From: Octopus bimaculoides
Taxonomy: Eukaryota
NCBI RefSeq assembly: GCF_001194135.2
Contig: NC_068984.1
Span: 89,787,096-89,828,045 of the forward strand
DNA: 40,950 bases
Direction of reading: 5' to 3'
Made by a program: the position numbers and the translations under genes. The first letter of the stretch is position 1. Each line of letters opens with the position of its first letter. Below are positions 11,616 to 23,327 of the stretch, piece after piece. The notes under the pieces are model-generated. The model saw only the letters and a list, made by a program, of their open reading frames with translations. It was not told where the DNA came from and ran no database searches.

Positions 11616-12498
11616 TAGATAATATGAAGACCGCGATGCAATATTTCGACAGTTAGCATGTCTTTGTCGAGTTCAAAATGAAAAGAGATAAAAATTCAAA
11701 ATTGTTGAAATTCAAATCCAAAATATGAACGAGAGCAACCAGTGTCCCCAAGTTGATGGAATGACATCATCAGTTTTCAAATTTCAAGTTTACAACTGAC
11801 TAAAAAAAAAAGAAAAAAGAGAAAAAAGTAAAAGAAAGAAAAAAGTAAGGGAAAAAATATTTAGTCAAACAATTTTGTGTAAATATGATGAAATTCTCCT
11901 GCCATTTTATTCATTATTCCAGGGCGTGATATCAATAATCCACAAACATATTTTTCGTCATGCATTTTGAGTACTGAAAGAGTAGCAAATTCAGAATATT
12001 TTCTGAGAATATTTTGAGAATTTTCAAGTCTTTTTCAAAATTGTAGCCGTTTGAAACAAAATGTTCAGCAAATGTTCGGCAAAATGTCGAGCTTTTTGCG
12101 ACAGACGTGTAGAGATTCCCATTTGGTGTACTCAGCAGAATGCACTAAACACAACTTCATGTATGTTGGTTGTACAACGTAACGATTAAACAAAAGATTC
12201 AATGGACACATATATGACGTCAGGCACAATAACAGTAGCTTGACAGAACTTGCCGAATATTTTGCATCAGACGGCTGCAATTCTGAAAAAGACTTGAAAG
12301 TGCATATTCTTAGAAAATATTCTGAATCTGCTACACTTTCAGTACTCAAAGTGCATGAGGAGAAATATGTTTGTGGGTTATTAACATCACTTTTCGTCAC
12401 TTTTCATTTTGAATTCAACAAAGACAGGCTAGCTGTCGAAATATCACCCAACCAATAAAATATCTATTGCAATCGCATCGCGTTCTTCGTATTGTCTA
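11616..12498. mobile_element. Non-autonomous DNA transposon / fold-back MITE-like element
   Basis: The 24-bp terminal inverted repeats at 11616-11639 and 12475-12498 match at 21/24 positions. An internal 84-bp inverted repeat at 11926-12009 and 12307-12390 has 9 mismatches. No transposase ORF is present. Confidence 0.75.
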
Positions 12499-12930
12499 TA
12501 TACCTTTGTAAAATGTTAAAATTGCCACTTCTGTGATCCGGGTATGGTTACACAGCTGAAAAGAGAGGCGAGCAAGAAAAAAGCCATTGATGATTTCCAA
12601 GCCATTACTCCGCTAAATGATTTTTGGCTAAGGTGCTAGAAAAGGGTTTGGTTGGAAAGCGCAAAGGTGCTTAGATCAGATAGGATCTATCAACAACAAC
12701 CTCTACCTCATGCATTATATCATAGAAAGGCTATATAGTAAATGTGGTTTTATTGGGGGCCTTGATGAATTTAATAAATCAAGCCATCGATAATTCGTGG
12801 GAGAGCCAGTTTCAATAAAAAGCAATCAATTTCGGTCTCGTTTTCAGAAGCAGAATCGTTGTTATGTACTGCAGCATATCTGCTTGTTGGTCAGAGTGAT
12901 TGACTAACGATCACGCATCCAGTCTGTCAG

Positions 12931-12987
<57 letters not shown>

Positions 12988-13524
12988 TTTTCTGTATTTA
13001 CAGGCTCTTGGGTTACTCCTGCGGAAACGAGAGTACTTGAAGGATATTCCATGTGTTCTGAAATAGGGAGAGAGACGAGAGAGAATTAAGAGATGTGAAA
13101 TCTAGAATAATTATAATTACAGTCAAAGTTAATAGTTCCAATCTTCAGTTTAATATTCATTTTGTGTGTTAATATAAGTTTAAAATGGATTCTTTGCTCA
13201 AGGCTTTGTAAGTTCAGTTGAATGAGAGAAAGAGCATCTGTTAGATCAGCTAATAAAATTTTATTATAGCTATTGCTAATATTTGTAATGTTGGGAACAG
13301 GTTTCTATAGGTTATGCACCAGCCAAATCTATTTCCTTCTGCTGATCTCCGTTTCAAAAGGTTGCTGGTGCATCTGTTTCCACAAGGCCTTGTGAGTCTG
13401 TTTTCCTATCTTACCCAAACGATGTTCCAGAGACATTTATTCAGAAACGTTTTGAGTTTGTTGATGGAAAATTTGTAACTCACTATGTTCCATACGCTTA
13501 ATTTTTAACGATTCTGTGACTTTC

Positions 13525-13660
13525 CGAGGAAAGACTGGAGCATGACAGACCAAAAACAACGTGGGAACAACTAACAACTGCAATCTATTGCCAGAGATCG
13601 AGAGAGGTGAAGATCATGTTGGCGCCCTATGCTCCATATGGAATAAAAGGATAGCTAAGG
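13525..13660 (+). mobile_element. Short 3' fragment of an RTE-like LINE
   Basis: It reads ..RPKTTW.., and 'gccagagatcgagagaggtgaagatc atgttggcgccctatgctcc' resembles 'A.DRERWR..VGALCS', the typical RTE-BovB-like 3' end. Confidence 0.5.
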
Positions 13661-14621
13661 TCACGGAGCCGTTAAAATTATTATCTCTAATGCTATATAA
13701 GTAGAAAGTTTCAAATCATGTAACATCTGGCATCTATGAAATGATCAATAAGCATGAGTGTGTCGGCCACACTTTCTTTACAAACTTTGATTCGATGCCT
13801 ATTTAAGAAAGCAATGTTATCAGAATTGAGAATCAAACAATAAGCAATAGTACTAATATTCATATGAAAATGTGTCGCGATCAAGAAGGATATCTATGGA
13901 TTCTAGTATATCTGCAAATTCTAGAGAATTTGAAACGATGTCCTTTAGACTTAGAAACTATAACAACTAACATATAGTTGCAGTTCCGTTGTTTAACTAA
14001 TAATCTTGATTTCTATTGACTATTAATAAGCTCAACATTGGTTAGGTGGAGAATATAACTCATTTATTCAGTCCCCCAGCATATTACAGATACTTATTTA
14101 TTACTGACAGCCAGTGTTTCATAAATTCTACTTTTGGTCTTTTTTTTTAGTATAATATATAACAGAGAGTCATGCAAATGTTTCATAGTTCCGGCAAAGA
14201 AGTTGGCAAATGCATTACTTTGAACAATGTTGAGGGAGATATTTTAAGTGCCATTATGCTGAAATGGAAAACAGGAGAGTAAACATGTTAAGACATTTCT
14301 TCCGGTCTTCCATTGTCTCGGATGCTTCTGTTTCCTTCATTCAACTGATAGCAGTATTTTGTAACAACCGTTCCTAGATGTTGCGGTTGAAGAAAACAAC
14401 TAACGTAAATCCGATGTGTGATGGCACGTACATAGTGTCTTTATGTTAAGTGGTAAAATATTACTTTCCATTGGACGTAATATGGAATATCAGGAAGTTG
14501 CACTATTGGGATGATGATGATGATCATGATCATGATGATCTGGTCCTTGTCATACAAATACGCATTTATTTGAAGGAGTAACTAAAGGATGTCCACTTAA
14601 GAACGTCATTATTTCAATTTC

Positions 14622-14660
14622 TATATAAAGCCGCTTCAAAACATACTCAGGGTCAGTTTC
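14622..14660 (+). promoter_or_regulatory. TATA box plus initiator (core promoter of the VWA gene)
   Basis: TATATAAAG lies at 14622-14630 and the initiator TCAGTT at 14653-14658 (A+1 = 14655), placing TATAAAG at -31. The ATG is 59 nt downstream at 14714. Confidence 0.75.
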
Positions 14661-14713
14661 ACATCAGAAAGCTTGACAACTACTTGTAAAAAAACTTATC
14701 TAAATCTATCAGA

Positions 14714-14761
14714 ATGCTTCTGAAAAGCACAGTCTTCTTTCTTCTTTTATTCATTCTGAAG
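14714..14761 (+). CDS. VWA-domain secreted protein, exon 1 (signal peptide)
   Basis: It encodes MLLKSTVFFLLLFILK (basic N-terminus plus hydrophobic core) and ends at a consensus donor AAG|gtaagt in phase 0, directly downstream of the TATA/Inr. Confidence 0.75.
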
Positions 14762-15070
14762 GTAAGTGTCTTATATACATTTAATTTTTCTGTAATATCA
14801 CTAAATGCAAAATTATATTTTTTTAAATTGATATTTCATATGCACCATGTGGGATAAATTGAACGCAGAGACATTTAGAAAAAAACTCTTAGATGGTCAG
14901 CTGGCTTCGTGCTCTGTTTAGCAATGTCCATTCCCTGTCGTAAAGTTAACCGAGTTGCGCTCTTTAATCAAACATAGTCAGCATAACTGGGTGGGAACCT
15001 ATTTGCCTTTTCGGGTGCATATAGACAATTATTTAGATAACCCGTAATTGCAATAGAAATATTCAATGTT

Positions 15071-15195
<125 letters not shown>

Positions 15196-15563
15196 CGTTA
15201 CATACAGAATGGTGCACAAGATGTTTATTTCAAAATTATCAATATTTATTTGATTTAAACTGAAGAACATAAATAATAATTTGGATATATCTGACTTAGT
15301 GAGATCCTTAGATACTAGTTGGAAATCACTTAGTTTATATTTGGTCTTCTTTTCTGAGTCACTAAACTAACGTAGTGGTTACTTGAGCTATAACGTTGAG
15401 AGCCATTACATAACATTGCCTCATCAAAAGTAAGTAGTGTTCCGGTATACCATGGAATATGCATGAAGTTGGTATTTAATATCAAAAAGCCCGATAGAAC
15501 ATGCACGTGTAATCACACCGTTGATTAACGATCCAAAATATACTTAACCTCTCTCTATTAAAG

Positions 15564-15573
15564 GACCTTACAA
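15564..15573 (+). CDS. Candidate 10-nt micro-exon (D-L-T-K) of the VWA gene
   Basis: The context is tacttaac(branch-like)-ctctctctattaaag|GACCTTACAA|gtaagt. It converts phase 0 to phase 1, as needed to join exon 1 to the VWA exon. It is unverified and competes with the 17806 candidate. Confidence 0.35.
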
Positions 15574-16499
15574 GTAAGTGTTTACAGTAGGATGTGTCAG
15601 AGCATATTGCTTTATCTGCTGTTTAATTTGTTTTGAAATTCAGCATGTTCTTATACTGGCTAAAGTGAAGGTGAAGGTGAAGGATTAATAAGTGCGACAG
15701 TTATTAATCCTTTGCACTTATTAGTGCTTAGCATTAATGAGGGTATCGATGATGTGACGTGGTTGGTATTTTTNNNNNNNNNNNNNNNNNNNNNNNNNNN
15801 NNNNNNNNNNNNNNNNNNNNNNNNNNNNNNNNNNNNNNNTATATATATATATATATATATATTATAGTTGTTCGGACTAAATGGAAAGATAATGTTCATA
15901 GAATGGTGCTATAGTAGTATTCTGGAATATTGTAGATATGTTCGAATAGTTAGAAATAATAATATATGTAGCGCAGCGGTGTATTTATGTCGTTGAATTT
16001 GATCGTCAATTGTCCATGCCGGTACTCATAAGATAAGAGACAGCATGTATATTTGGTGGCTGATACTTTATTTTCGTCTACTTCATGTTTCTGAGTGGTT
16101 GCTGAAGTGTTGGAGTATTTGTGCAGCTGCGTTCAGGAAATAATGAAAGAATGATACTGCGATGTCGTCTGAGTATGAGACGCGGGAAGACCGCGTAAAT
16201 CAAAAAGCAAAGAGTAGGAGACATATTTGTAAATTCTGAATATGTTGTTACCCTAAGCACATGCGATTGTTCGGTAGTGTCCATCTAGTCAGTTTTAAAA
16301 ACACAGTGTCAGAAAGACTATATCACACGATGCATCCATCCATTTTTTTAAAGACAGTACGCTGTGATTTGCGTGGGATTTGGTTGTCATTTCTAGTAAA
16401 CTGAACGACCACATAGAGATTACTTTGTTGGATTGATAGTAGCTATATGGTGAGTGCAGGGATAGTTCATTGGTGAAATGGCCAGTACGCCTGTATATG

Positions 16500-16535
<36 letters not shown>

Positions 16536-16974
16536 CTAAGTGCGCATGGGAAGATGAGATAACTAAATATAAAAGAAAAAATGGACATAATCAAATCTTT
16601 CTGAATATTCAGGCATATAGAATACATCTTGCAACTTGAATTAGCTATTTGATCGATGGTTAATTAATATATATTATTATTATTATATACATGGTTACGC
16701 TTGAAAGTTTATTAATTTCAAAAGTGTTTAATACATATAGAATCAGATACTATAGAATAATGGGTAAGCAGAAAAAAAGAGAATATTTTAATAATAAAAA
16801 TAAAAATTAAATTAAATTAAAAACCTATTTTATTAGAGTCCATTACCCATTAGACTAATATTGAGTTGGACAAGTAAAGACAAATAAAAAAACTATTGGT
16901 CAAAACATTTAAATTTTCAGCGTTCCAGAGAAAATACCGGAAATAAGTATGGTGGAACACTAAATTAATCTACT

Positions 16975-17640
16975 TGGTTTTTGTCTACCTTGGCTTTTAT
17001 ACAATTAGTTCTTCATGCTTGATCTTATGAAGCGACTAACAAACATTCTGTCTCCCTCTTCAGCTTTCCTTTCTGTAGCTACAACCATGTCTCACTATAA
17101 CTATTTGCTGCACACTATCTTTGGGAATCTACTATGCAACGCCTTCTCTGGCCAGTCAGATAACCTCTGTTCTTTTTTCTGATTTTTAAGTTCGTTTTTT
17201 TTTTTTTTTTGGTTTTCCTATGTCTTGCTGTGACTCTAGCATCTTTTAATAAACTTTCTTCATTATTACCTACGTAAGAGTCTATATCTACTCTAGCTAA
17301 CTTCACACACTCTTCCACTGATATTAACCCTTTTCCACCTTCCTTTCTAGGTAGCTATAATCTTGCTACTCATGCCCTTGGGTGGAGTCCTCCATTCATA
17401 TTGAATTCTTTCCTAGTTCTTCGGTTTAGCTTTGCTAATTCAATTTTTGTTCAATCTACAAAAGCTGTTGTGTATCTAAATAATGATACTACCCAAGAAT
17501 TTACAGCCTTCACTAGATTCGGACCATCTAGCTTTGACTTCATTAACTTCCTCATCCTCCTCGATTTTCTTTTTCATTTCTGTAGTTAGTGCTCAGTCAG
17601 ATTCTAATACTCCTAGATACTTATAACTCTCTCCTCCTTT
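16975..17640 (-). mobile_element. Intronic antisense R4/Dong-like fragment
   Basis: Fragments include GESYKYLGVLES, KLMKSKLDGPNLVKAVNSWVVSLFRY, LHPRA*VARL*LPRKEGGKGLISVEECV and WL*LQKGKLKRETECLLVAS*DQA*RTNCIKAKVDK. The 5' end abuts the (TTC)n/(ATT)n array. Confidence 0.85.
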
Positions 17641-17705
17641 CAATTCTTCTTCTTCTTCTTCTTCTTCTTCTTCTTCTTCTTCTTCTTCTTCTTCTNNNNN
17701 NNNNN

Positions 17706-17804
<99 letters not shown>

Positions 17805-17805
17805 G

Positions 17806-17833
17806 GAATCAAGTCAGGTGTCCTCAGACAGAC
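17806..17833 (+). CDS. Candidate 28-nt micro-exon (ESSQVSSDRQ), with an alternative acceptor at 17818 giving a 16-nt VSSDRQ exon
   Basis: The context is tatag|GAATCAAGTCAGGTGTCCTCAGACAGAC|gtaagt. It converts phase 0 to phase 1 and supplies small residues (..VSS) suited to a signal-peptidase site. It is unverified. Confidence 0.45.
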
Positions 17834-19164
17834 GTAAGTTATTTATTTTCTATCTAATGAAATCTTTAAAAGTTGTTATGTAACCTAGCTGTTCGATGTT
17901 TAACTTAATTTTTCAAACTCGAAGTTTTATTTCAGCTATCAACGCATTTGTTAAGATAAATATAGACAGAATACACATTATTTCTTAAACTTCATATTTC
18001 TCATTGGTGGCTGAAATAGAAATGAAAAGTGCAATTGCTGGTGCGATCTGTCAAGACACTGTTTCTCCTATTAGCGTTGGTAGGTCTTCATTTTTATTTC
18101 ATCCTCCCTTAGGGTACGGAAGTCTGTAAAACATAACATTTGATATGGCCTGGTGTTTAGTAAAATAACTGTCCAGTGAAGCCTACCCTGCATAGAGCAA
18201 CGCTAGTAGAGATGAATGGAATGAGTAGAGATGAGTGGAATCTTTATCTTGTTTTCATACAATTAAAAGTTTGAACTTTCGTCTGGAGCCTAGTGTAGTA
18301 CCATTAAGAGGATGGATAAAAATCCTTCATAGTCCCGGTTTCGGTTCAATAAAGAAAATTGCTCTCTACACATACCCTGAAAAAGTTTAGCATTGTTGAC
18401 TTTGATATGTTTGATTGTCAGGTGTTTTGAAGCTTGTTAGAGGCACTCAAAGCTTGTTCCATTTGTACCAGCAAGTCCTTCTTACTGTCGGCAACAAAGG
18501 ACACAATGTATTTGAAGTCACTGTCCTATTTGAGTAATGGACGAAATTTGTTTCAACAATGCCAGTATAATGTTTTATTATGTATAGGTTAATTCCAAAT
18601 AATACATCAAAATCTATCCAAATAACTGTATAATTTTCTCAGCTGAGCTGCTAATTCTGTTGAAATAAAGATGATAATATATATTATGCCATATTTCAAC
18701 TTTGAGCCTGTTATAGTTTTATCAATAATCGATAATTTTTACTTTATTTCATGTATAAAAAATTCTTTGTAATTTCGCTAAAAAGTAAATATAAGTTTTT
18801 TGTTTGTTTTTTTGTAAATTTTATAAAAGTCACCTATTAAGGCGGTGCTCCAGCATGGCCGCAGTCAAAATGACCGAAACAAGTAAAAGAAAAGAAGAAT
18901 AATTACTAAAGAAATACAATTCTAATTCTTTACGTAACGTTTAATTCGTAAATGCTTGAGCATTGCACATGTTTACATGAACCCACAGTTGAGTATCAGC
19001 GTTAGCTTGAATTATTTGAAAAATATATTTCGTTTTAGTCTCATGCATGTATTGTTATCAGAAACTCTGCCTGCGCAGTTGATTTTTACTGTTTTGATAT
19101 TTACTCGTTATTTATTTTGAAACAATGTAAACTGTAATATATTATTATATTACTTCTTTTAAAG

Positions 19165-19728
19165 AATGCACTGGTAAGGCGGCAAATATTATATTTGTCA
19201 TGGACTCTTCGAGTAGTATTTGGAGTGTTGATTACACGAAACAATTGAAGTTCGTCCAAAATCTTGTCAATAACTTTGATATCGGTGCAGATGATAAAGC
19301 CGTTCGTGTGGGTGCAATTACGTTCAGCACTAAGGCTCATCTTGAATTTTCTATTGATCGGTACAGTACGAGTGAGGATATTCAAGCAGCAGTTGGCAGG
19401 ATTCCTTATCGATCTGGTGTTACTAATACGGCTAAAGCACTAGAGTTAGCCAAAAGTCAGATAGAAATGAAGAAGAAACTGTACCAGGCTCCATTTATTC
19501 TAGTCGTTATTACGGACGGTATGTCACGTGACCCTGTTGCGACAAGAAACACTGCAAAATCCCTTCACAAACTTGGTGTCCATATTTATGCAATTGGTGT
19601 TGGAGCAAGTTATGATGTAGAGGAATTGAAGACAATAGCTAGCGACCCAATTGAAAATGTGTACCAAGTTGGTAACTATTCGGCCTTGCAAGGAATAGTG
19701 AAACTATTCGGAACAAAAACATGTGAAG
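19165..19728 (+). CDS. VWA-domain secreted protein, VWA exon (matrilin / collagen VI-like vWF-A domain)
   Basis: The acceptor is ttcttttaaag|AA TGC. It encodes CTGKAANIIFVMDSSSSIW...VRVGAITFS...GVTNTAKAL...ILVVITDGMS...HIYAIGVG...ELKTIASDP...KTCE. The MIDAS (DxSxS..T..D) is intact and the domain has flanking Cys. The donor is GAAG|gtaaat in phase 1. Confidence 0.93.
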
Positions 19729-19898
19729 GTAAATAGATTGTAATATATTTATCACTCTAATAGCATATGAAATTTAATTGTAATTGTTTCAGCTTTAACC
19801 TTACTTGATGTTCTTGTTTTTCTCGTTTTAATTCGTGTACTTTGTATTTGTGTGTATGTGTGTGAAAGAGAGAGAACGAGAGAAAGAGAGACTGTGTG

Positions 19899-19938
<40 letters not shown>

Positions 19939-20753
19939 NNNNNNNNNNNNNNNNNNNNNNNNNNNNNNNNNNNNNNNNNNNNNNNNNNNNNNNNNNNNNN
20001 NNNNNNNNNNNNNNNNNNNNNNNNNNNNNNNNNNNNNNNNNNNNNNNNNNNNNNNNNNNNNNNNNNNNNNNNNNNNNNNNNNNNNNNNNNNNNNNNNNNN
20101 NNNNNNNNNNNNNNNNNNNNNNNNNNNNNNNNNNNNNNNNNNNNNNNNNNNNNNNNNNNNNNNNNNNNNNNNNNNNNNNNNNNNNNNNNNNNNNNNNNNN
20201 NNNNNNNNNNNNNNNNNNNNNNNNNNNNNNNNNNNNNNNNNNNNNNNNNNNNNNNNNNNNNNNNNNNNNNNNNNNNNNNNNNNNNNNNNNNNNNNNNNNN
20301 NNNNNNNNNNNNNNNNNNNNNNNNNNNNNNNNNNNNNNNNNNNNNNNNNNNNNNNNNNNNNNNNNNNNNNNNNNNNNNNNNNNNNNNNNNNNNNNNNNNN
20401 NNNNNNNNNNNNNNNNNNNNNNNNNNNNNNNNNNNNNNNNNNNNNNNNNNNNNNNNNNNNNNNNNNNNNNNNNNNNNNNNNNNNNNNNNNNNNNNNNNNN
20501 NNNNNNNNNNNNNNNNNNNNNNNNNNNNNNNNNNNNNNNNNNNNNNNNNNNNNNNNNNNNNNNNNNNNNNNNNNNNNNNNNNNNNNNNNNNNNNNNNNNN
20601 NNNNNNNNNNNNNNNNNNNNNNNNNNNNNNNNNNNNNNNNNNNNNNNNNNNNNNNNNNNNNNNNNNNNNNNNNNNNNNNNNNNNNNNNNNNNNNNNNNNN
20701 NNNNNNNNNNNNNNNNNNNNNNNNNNNNNNNNNNNNNNNNNNNNNNNNNNNNN
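19939..20753. other. Assembly gap inside the VWA gene intron; other gaps at 1541-1655, 2981-3325, 8110-8404, 8764-8773, 15774-15839, 17696-17705, 25870-26453, 30482-31114 and 31883-31892
   Basis: These are runs of N, mostly flanked by SSRs. The 815-nt gap could hide an additional exon. Confidence 0.99.
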
Positions 20754-21153
20754 GTGAGAGAAGAGGAGAGGAAGTCCAGATTTGTAATTGATCAATTACA
20801 TTAGATTTCTAATCTATATGGAATATTTCTTTTTCTTTTTAGTTTGGAATAACTATAAACAATTTTATTTCAATTGAAGAAAATCTGAAACCACATTTAT
20901 TCACCTATGATTGCTGTGGTCTTTTGTAAAGAGTTTATTGAACAAGATAGTGACATTTATTGTACCGAACATTGAATTAGAGTTTTACTGAATGAGTTAG
21001 AAATATTTAGAAATCGCCTTCTGGTTTAGGAGAAATATATAAAACTAATGATTAGAGAAAAATGTGTATAAAAAATTATATAAACCTATACAAATTGTTT
21101 AAAAATGTTAATCTAAATGTGGCCTTCATTATATGGGATTGTGTCTATTTTAG

Positions 21154-21363
21154 ATATAAATATGGTTCTAGCAACTACAGAACGAGAAGCCGCTGACACA
21201 ACTACCACGACCGTTCTATCAGCAACCACTACTACTAAAGCCACTAAACTACCACCAACTACTACCACCACCACCATCACCGCTGAATCCCCAAGTAGTA
21301 AAGTAACCCCTGAGTATGTCAATCCCATTCAAGGAGACCAGTATATTGAGAAACGTGACACTC
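21154..21363 (+). CDS. VWA protein, Thr-rich (mucin-like) linker exon
   Basis: The boundaries are ctattttag|AT..ACT C|gtaagt, giving 210 nt in symmetric phase 1. It encodes DINMVLATTEREAADTTTTTVLSATTTTKATKLPPTTTTTTITAESPSSKVTPEYVNPIQGDQYIEKRDT. Confidence 0.85.
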
Positions 21364-21449
21364 GTAAGTTGCATCTGCTATTTCTTTATTAAAACGATAA
21401 TTTTGCAAGGAAATTGAATGTCATTATGTAACACTTGTCCGATTTACAG

Positions 21450-21539
21450 AAATACTCACCATGATGATCCCACCGGACTTGGAAGTCCCTCAAAGGTCAA
21501 AGGGACAAACATTTCTTCTAGGCCAAGTGAATAAAATAG
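21450..21539 (+). CDS. VWA protein, probable 90-nt exon
   Basis: The boundaries are gatttacag|AA ATA...ATA G|gtgaca, giving an open, symmetric phase-1 exon encoding QILTMMIPPDLEVPQRSKGQTFLLGQVNKI. Skipping it would also preserve the frame. Confidence 0.6.
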
Positions 21540-21861
21540 GTGACAAAATAAAGCGAATTATAGATTTCTGAAAATCATGATTTTGCCTATAGGCATTTTT
21601 GATGTTGAAGAAAAATATCTACTTTCCAAGAATCGAAACCGAGTGGCTGATATGGCTTGCTGTCATCTAAGTTTCAGCTTTAATCGTTAAAGAATATTTG
21701 AATGGTTTCAACATAATTTCAGAAAGTAGATATTTTTTAAAGTTTCCCCCATCTTCAAATTAAATGAATACTATATCCCTGACTACAATATGTAAATGAT
21801 AGAGGTCATTTCAGCATATTTCTATGAAAATAAATTTTGTTTTTATTTCGTGTCGTTCCAG

Positions 21862-22439
21862 ATACCATATCATTCGGATTTGATATAATTTCTGTCGGAG
21901 TTGTGGACGGTAATACGATATTGCAGTTCATTTCCTCCATACTTCCTCTGAATTACTACGGCCACTTCTCTATTATATCTGAGTATGACTGTACAGGAAC
22001 TGGAAATAATTTGAAAAGTTTGAATATTCCTCTGATGCCAGTAACTAACAAGACCATTTTAGCTGCTGAAAATTCTATAAAATGGTATCTACCGGGTTTA
22101 GAATCTATTGTACATCAACTCGCTTCTAGCCTCTACAAACGCAACCTCCAGAATGCACAAAAAGGTGTGATGGGATATGAAGTTACTGTACTATTTGTGG
22201 ACTCGTCAAAAACAATATTAACACCTGAACTGAAAAAGGAAGTCGAAAGCCTGAAACGCATGGGTTCTAAAGTGTTTGTGATCGATGTTGGCCAAAGCAA
22301 TTGGGCGAAACCGAAACTTCTTAAAGGCTTGAGCAGCCAACCGTCAGAGCATTACGTCTTTAAAGTAACAACATATAAAGACTTACTAGATAAAAAACGT
22401 CTTCCGCCACATAAATTTCAAGCCGATTGTGGCTGCTAA
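21862..22439 (+). CDS. VWA protein, terminal exon (degenerate second VWA-like domain)
   Basis: A strong acceptor ttttgtttttatttcgtgtcgttccag|AT gives phase 1. It encodes DTISFGFDIISVG...VTVLFVDS..ELKKEVESLKRMGSKVFVIDVG...LSSQPSEHYVFKVTTYKDL...DCGC*. The VWA-like C-terminal pattern is retained but there is no DxSxS. Confidence 0.85.
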
Positions 22440-22441
22440 CT

Positions 22442-22555
22442 AATAAACATAAAAAACTGCTCATTTTGGTTAACATCAGACAATTATTGCAATTCCGTCT
22501 TGCTTTTGTGTTGTACAGATAATATTGTATTCTTTGTGAAATGTATGAGAATAAA
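22442..22555 (+). terminator. Candidate polyadenylation signals of the VWA gene
   Basis: AATAAA occurs at 22442-22447 (just after the stop codon) and at 22550-22555. These motifs are weak evidence in AT-rich DNA. Confidence 0.45.
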
Positions 22556-22693
22556 AAGGATATGCTTACATGCCTTAACATTTATTGAAATTGAATTCAA
22601 TTAAGTCAACTTAGCATGTCTCTTACTATAAACACCTTTGTGTGTATACATCCACACATACATACATACATACATATATACATATATACATAA

Positions 22694-22727
<34 letters not shown>

Positions 22728-22875
22728 CATACATACATAATACGTACGTACGTCTGGTATATTTACTGGTTTTATTTACTGGACGAAATGAACCACAATA
22801 ATTGTCCTATTTCTCTTCTGTGAGTGATATATCGTAACAAAATTCTCTCACAACTTATACATATACATATATGTG

Positions 22876-22943
<68 letters not shown>

Positions 22944-23024
22944 TGTGTGCGTCCGTGCGTGTGTGCGTGCGTGAGTGTATGTGTGTGTGTGTATGTGTGG
23001 TTGTGTGTGTATGTACAAAAACAA

Positions 23025-23200
23025 ATGACGAAGACAGGAGAGGGAACAACAAGCAGGTGTATCAGTTTAACGTTCGGGAAGAATGGAAAAGTTGTTGATG
23101 TTTTGAGCCTATGCTCTTCGACAGAAAGGATTGAGAGGCAAAAAAAATGAAGAATCAACGGAAAAAAAACGGAGAGAAAAAATGTGTAGAGATTTCGGTT
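23025..23200 (+). repeat. Interspersed repeat (possibly Penelope-derived terminal piece), second copy at ~36475-36620
   Basis: Both copies share '..acaaca.caggtgtat.agtttaacg.tcgggaa.aatggaaaagt..tt.a..tt.gag.cta.g.tcttcg.cagaaaggatt.agagg.aaaaaa' and both follow dinucleotide SSRs. The family assignment is tentative. Confidence 0.55.
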
Positions 23201-23327
23201 CAACATGATGAAATCACGCACACACGCACACACACACATATGCTAGGTAATAAAAACGTATAGTATATACCTGGTAGCTTACCAGTAAAGCTTGTTCCCT
23301 TTCACAGTGTTCGATGTGTATTTGTTT

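Noticed and set aside
12065-12458. ORFs inside the fold-back element considered as a transposase
   Set aside because: They show no DDE or HTH motifs and arise within the internal inverted repeat.
14499-14540. (GAT)n/(CATGAT) run with palindromic gatcatgatcatgatgatc upstream of the promoter
   Set aside because: It is a short degenerate SSR, and the palindromy is an inherent property of the motif.
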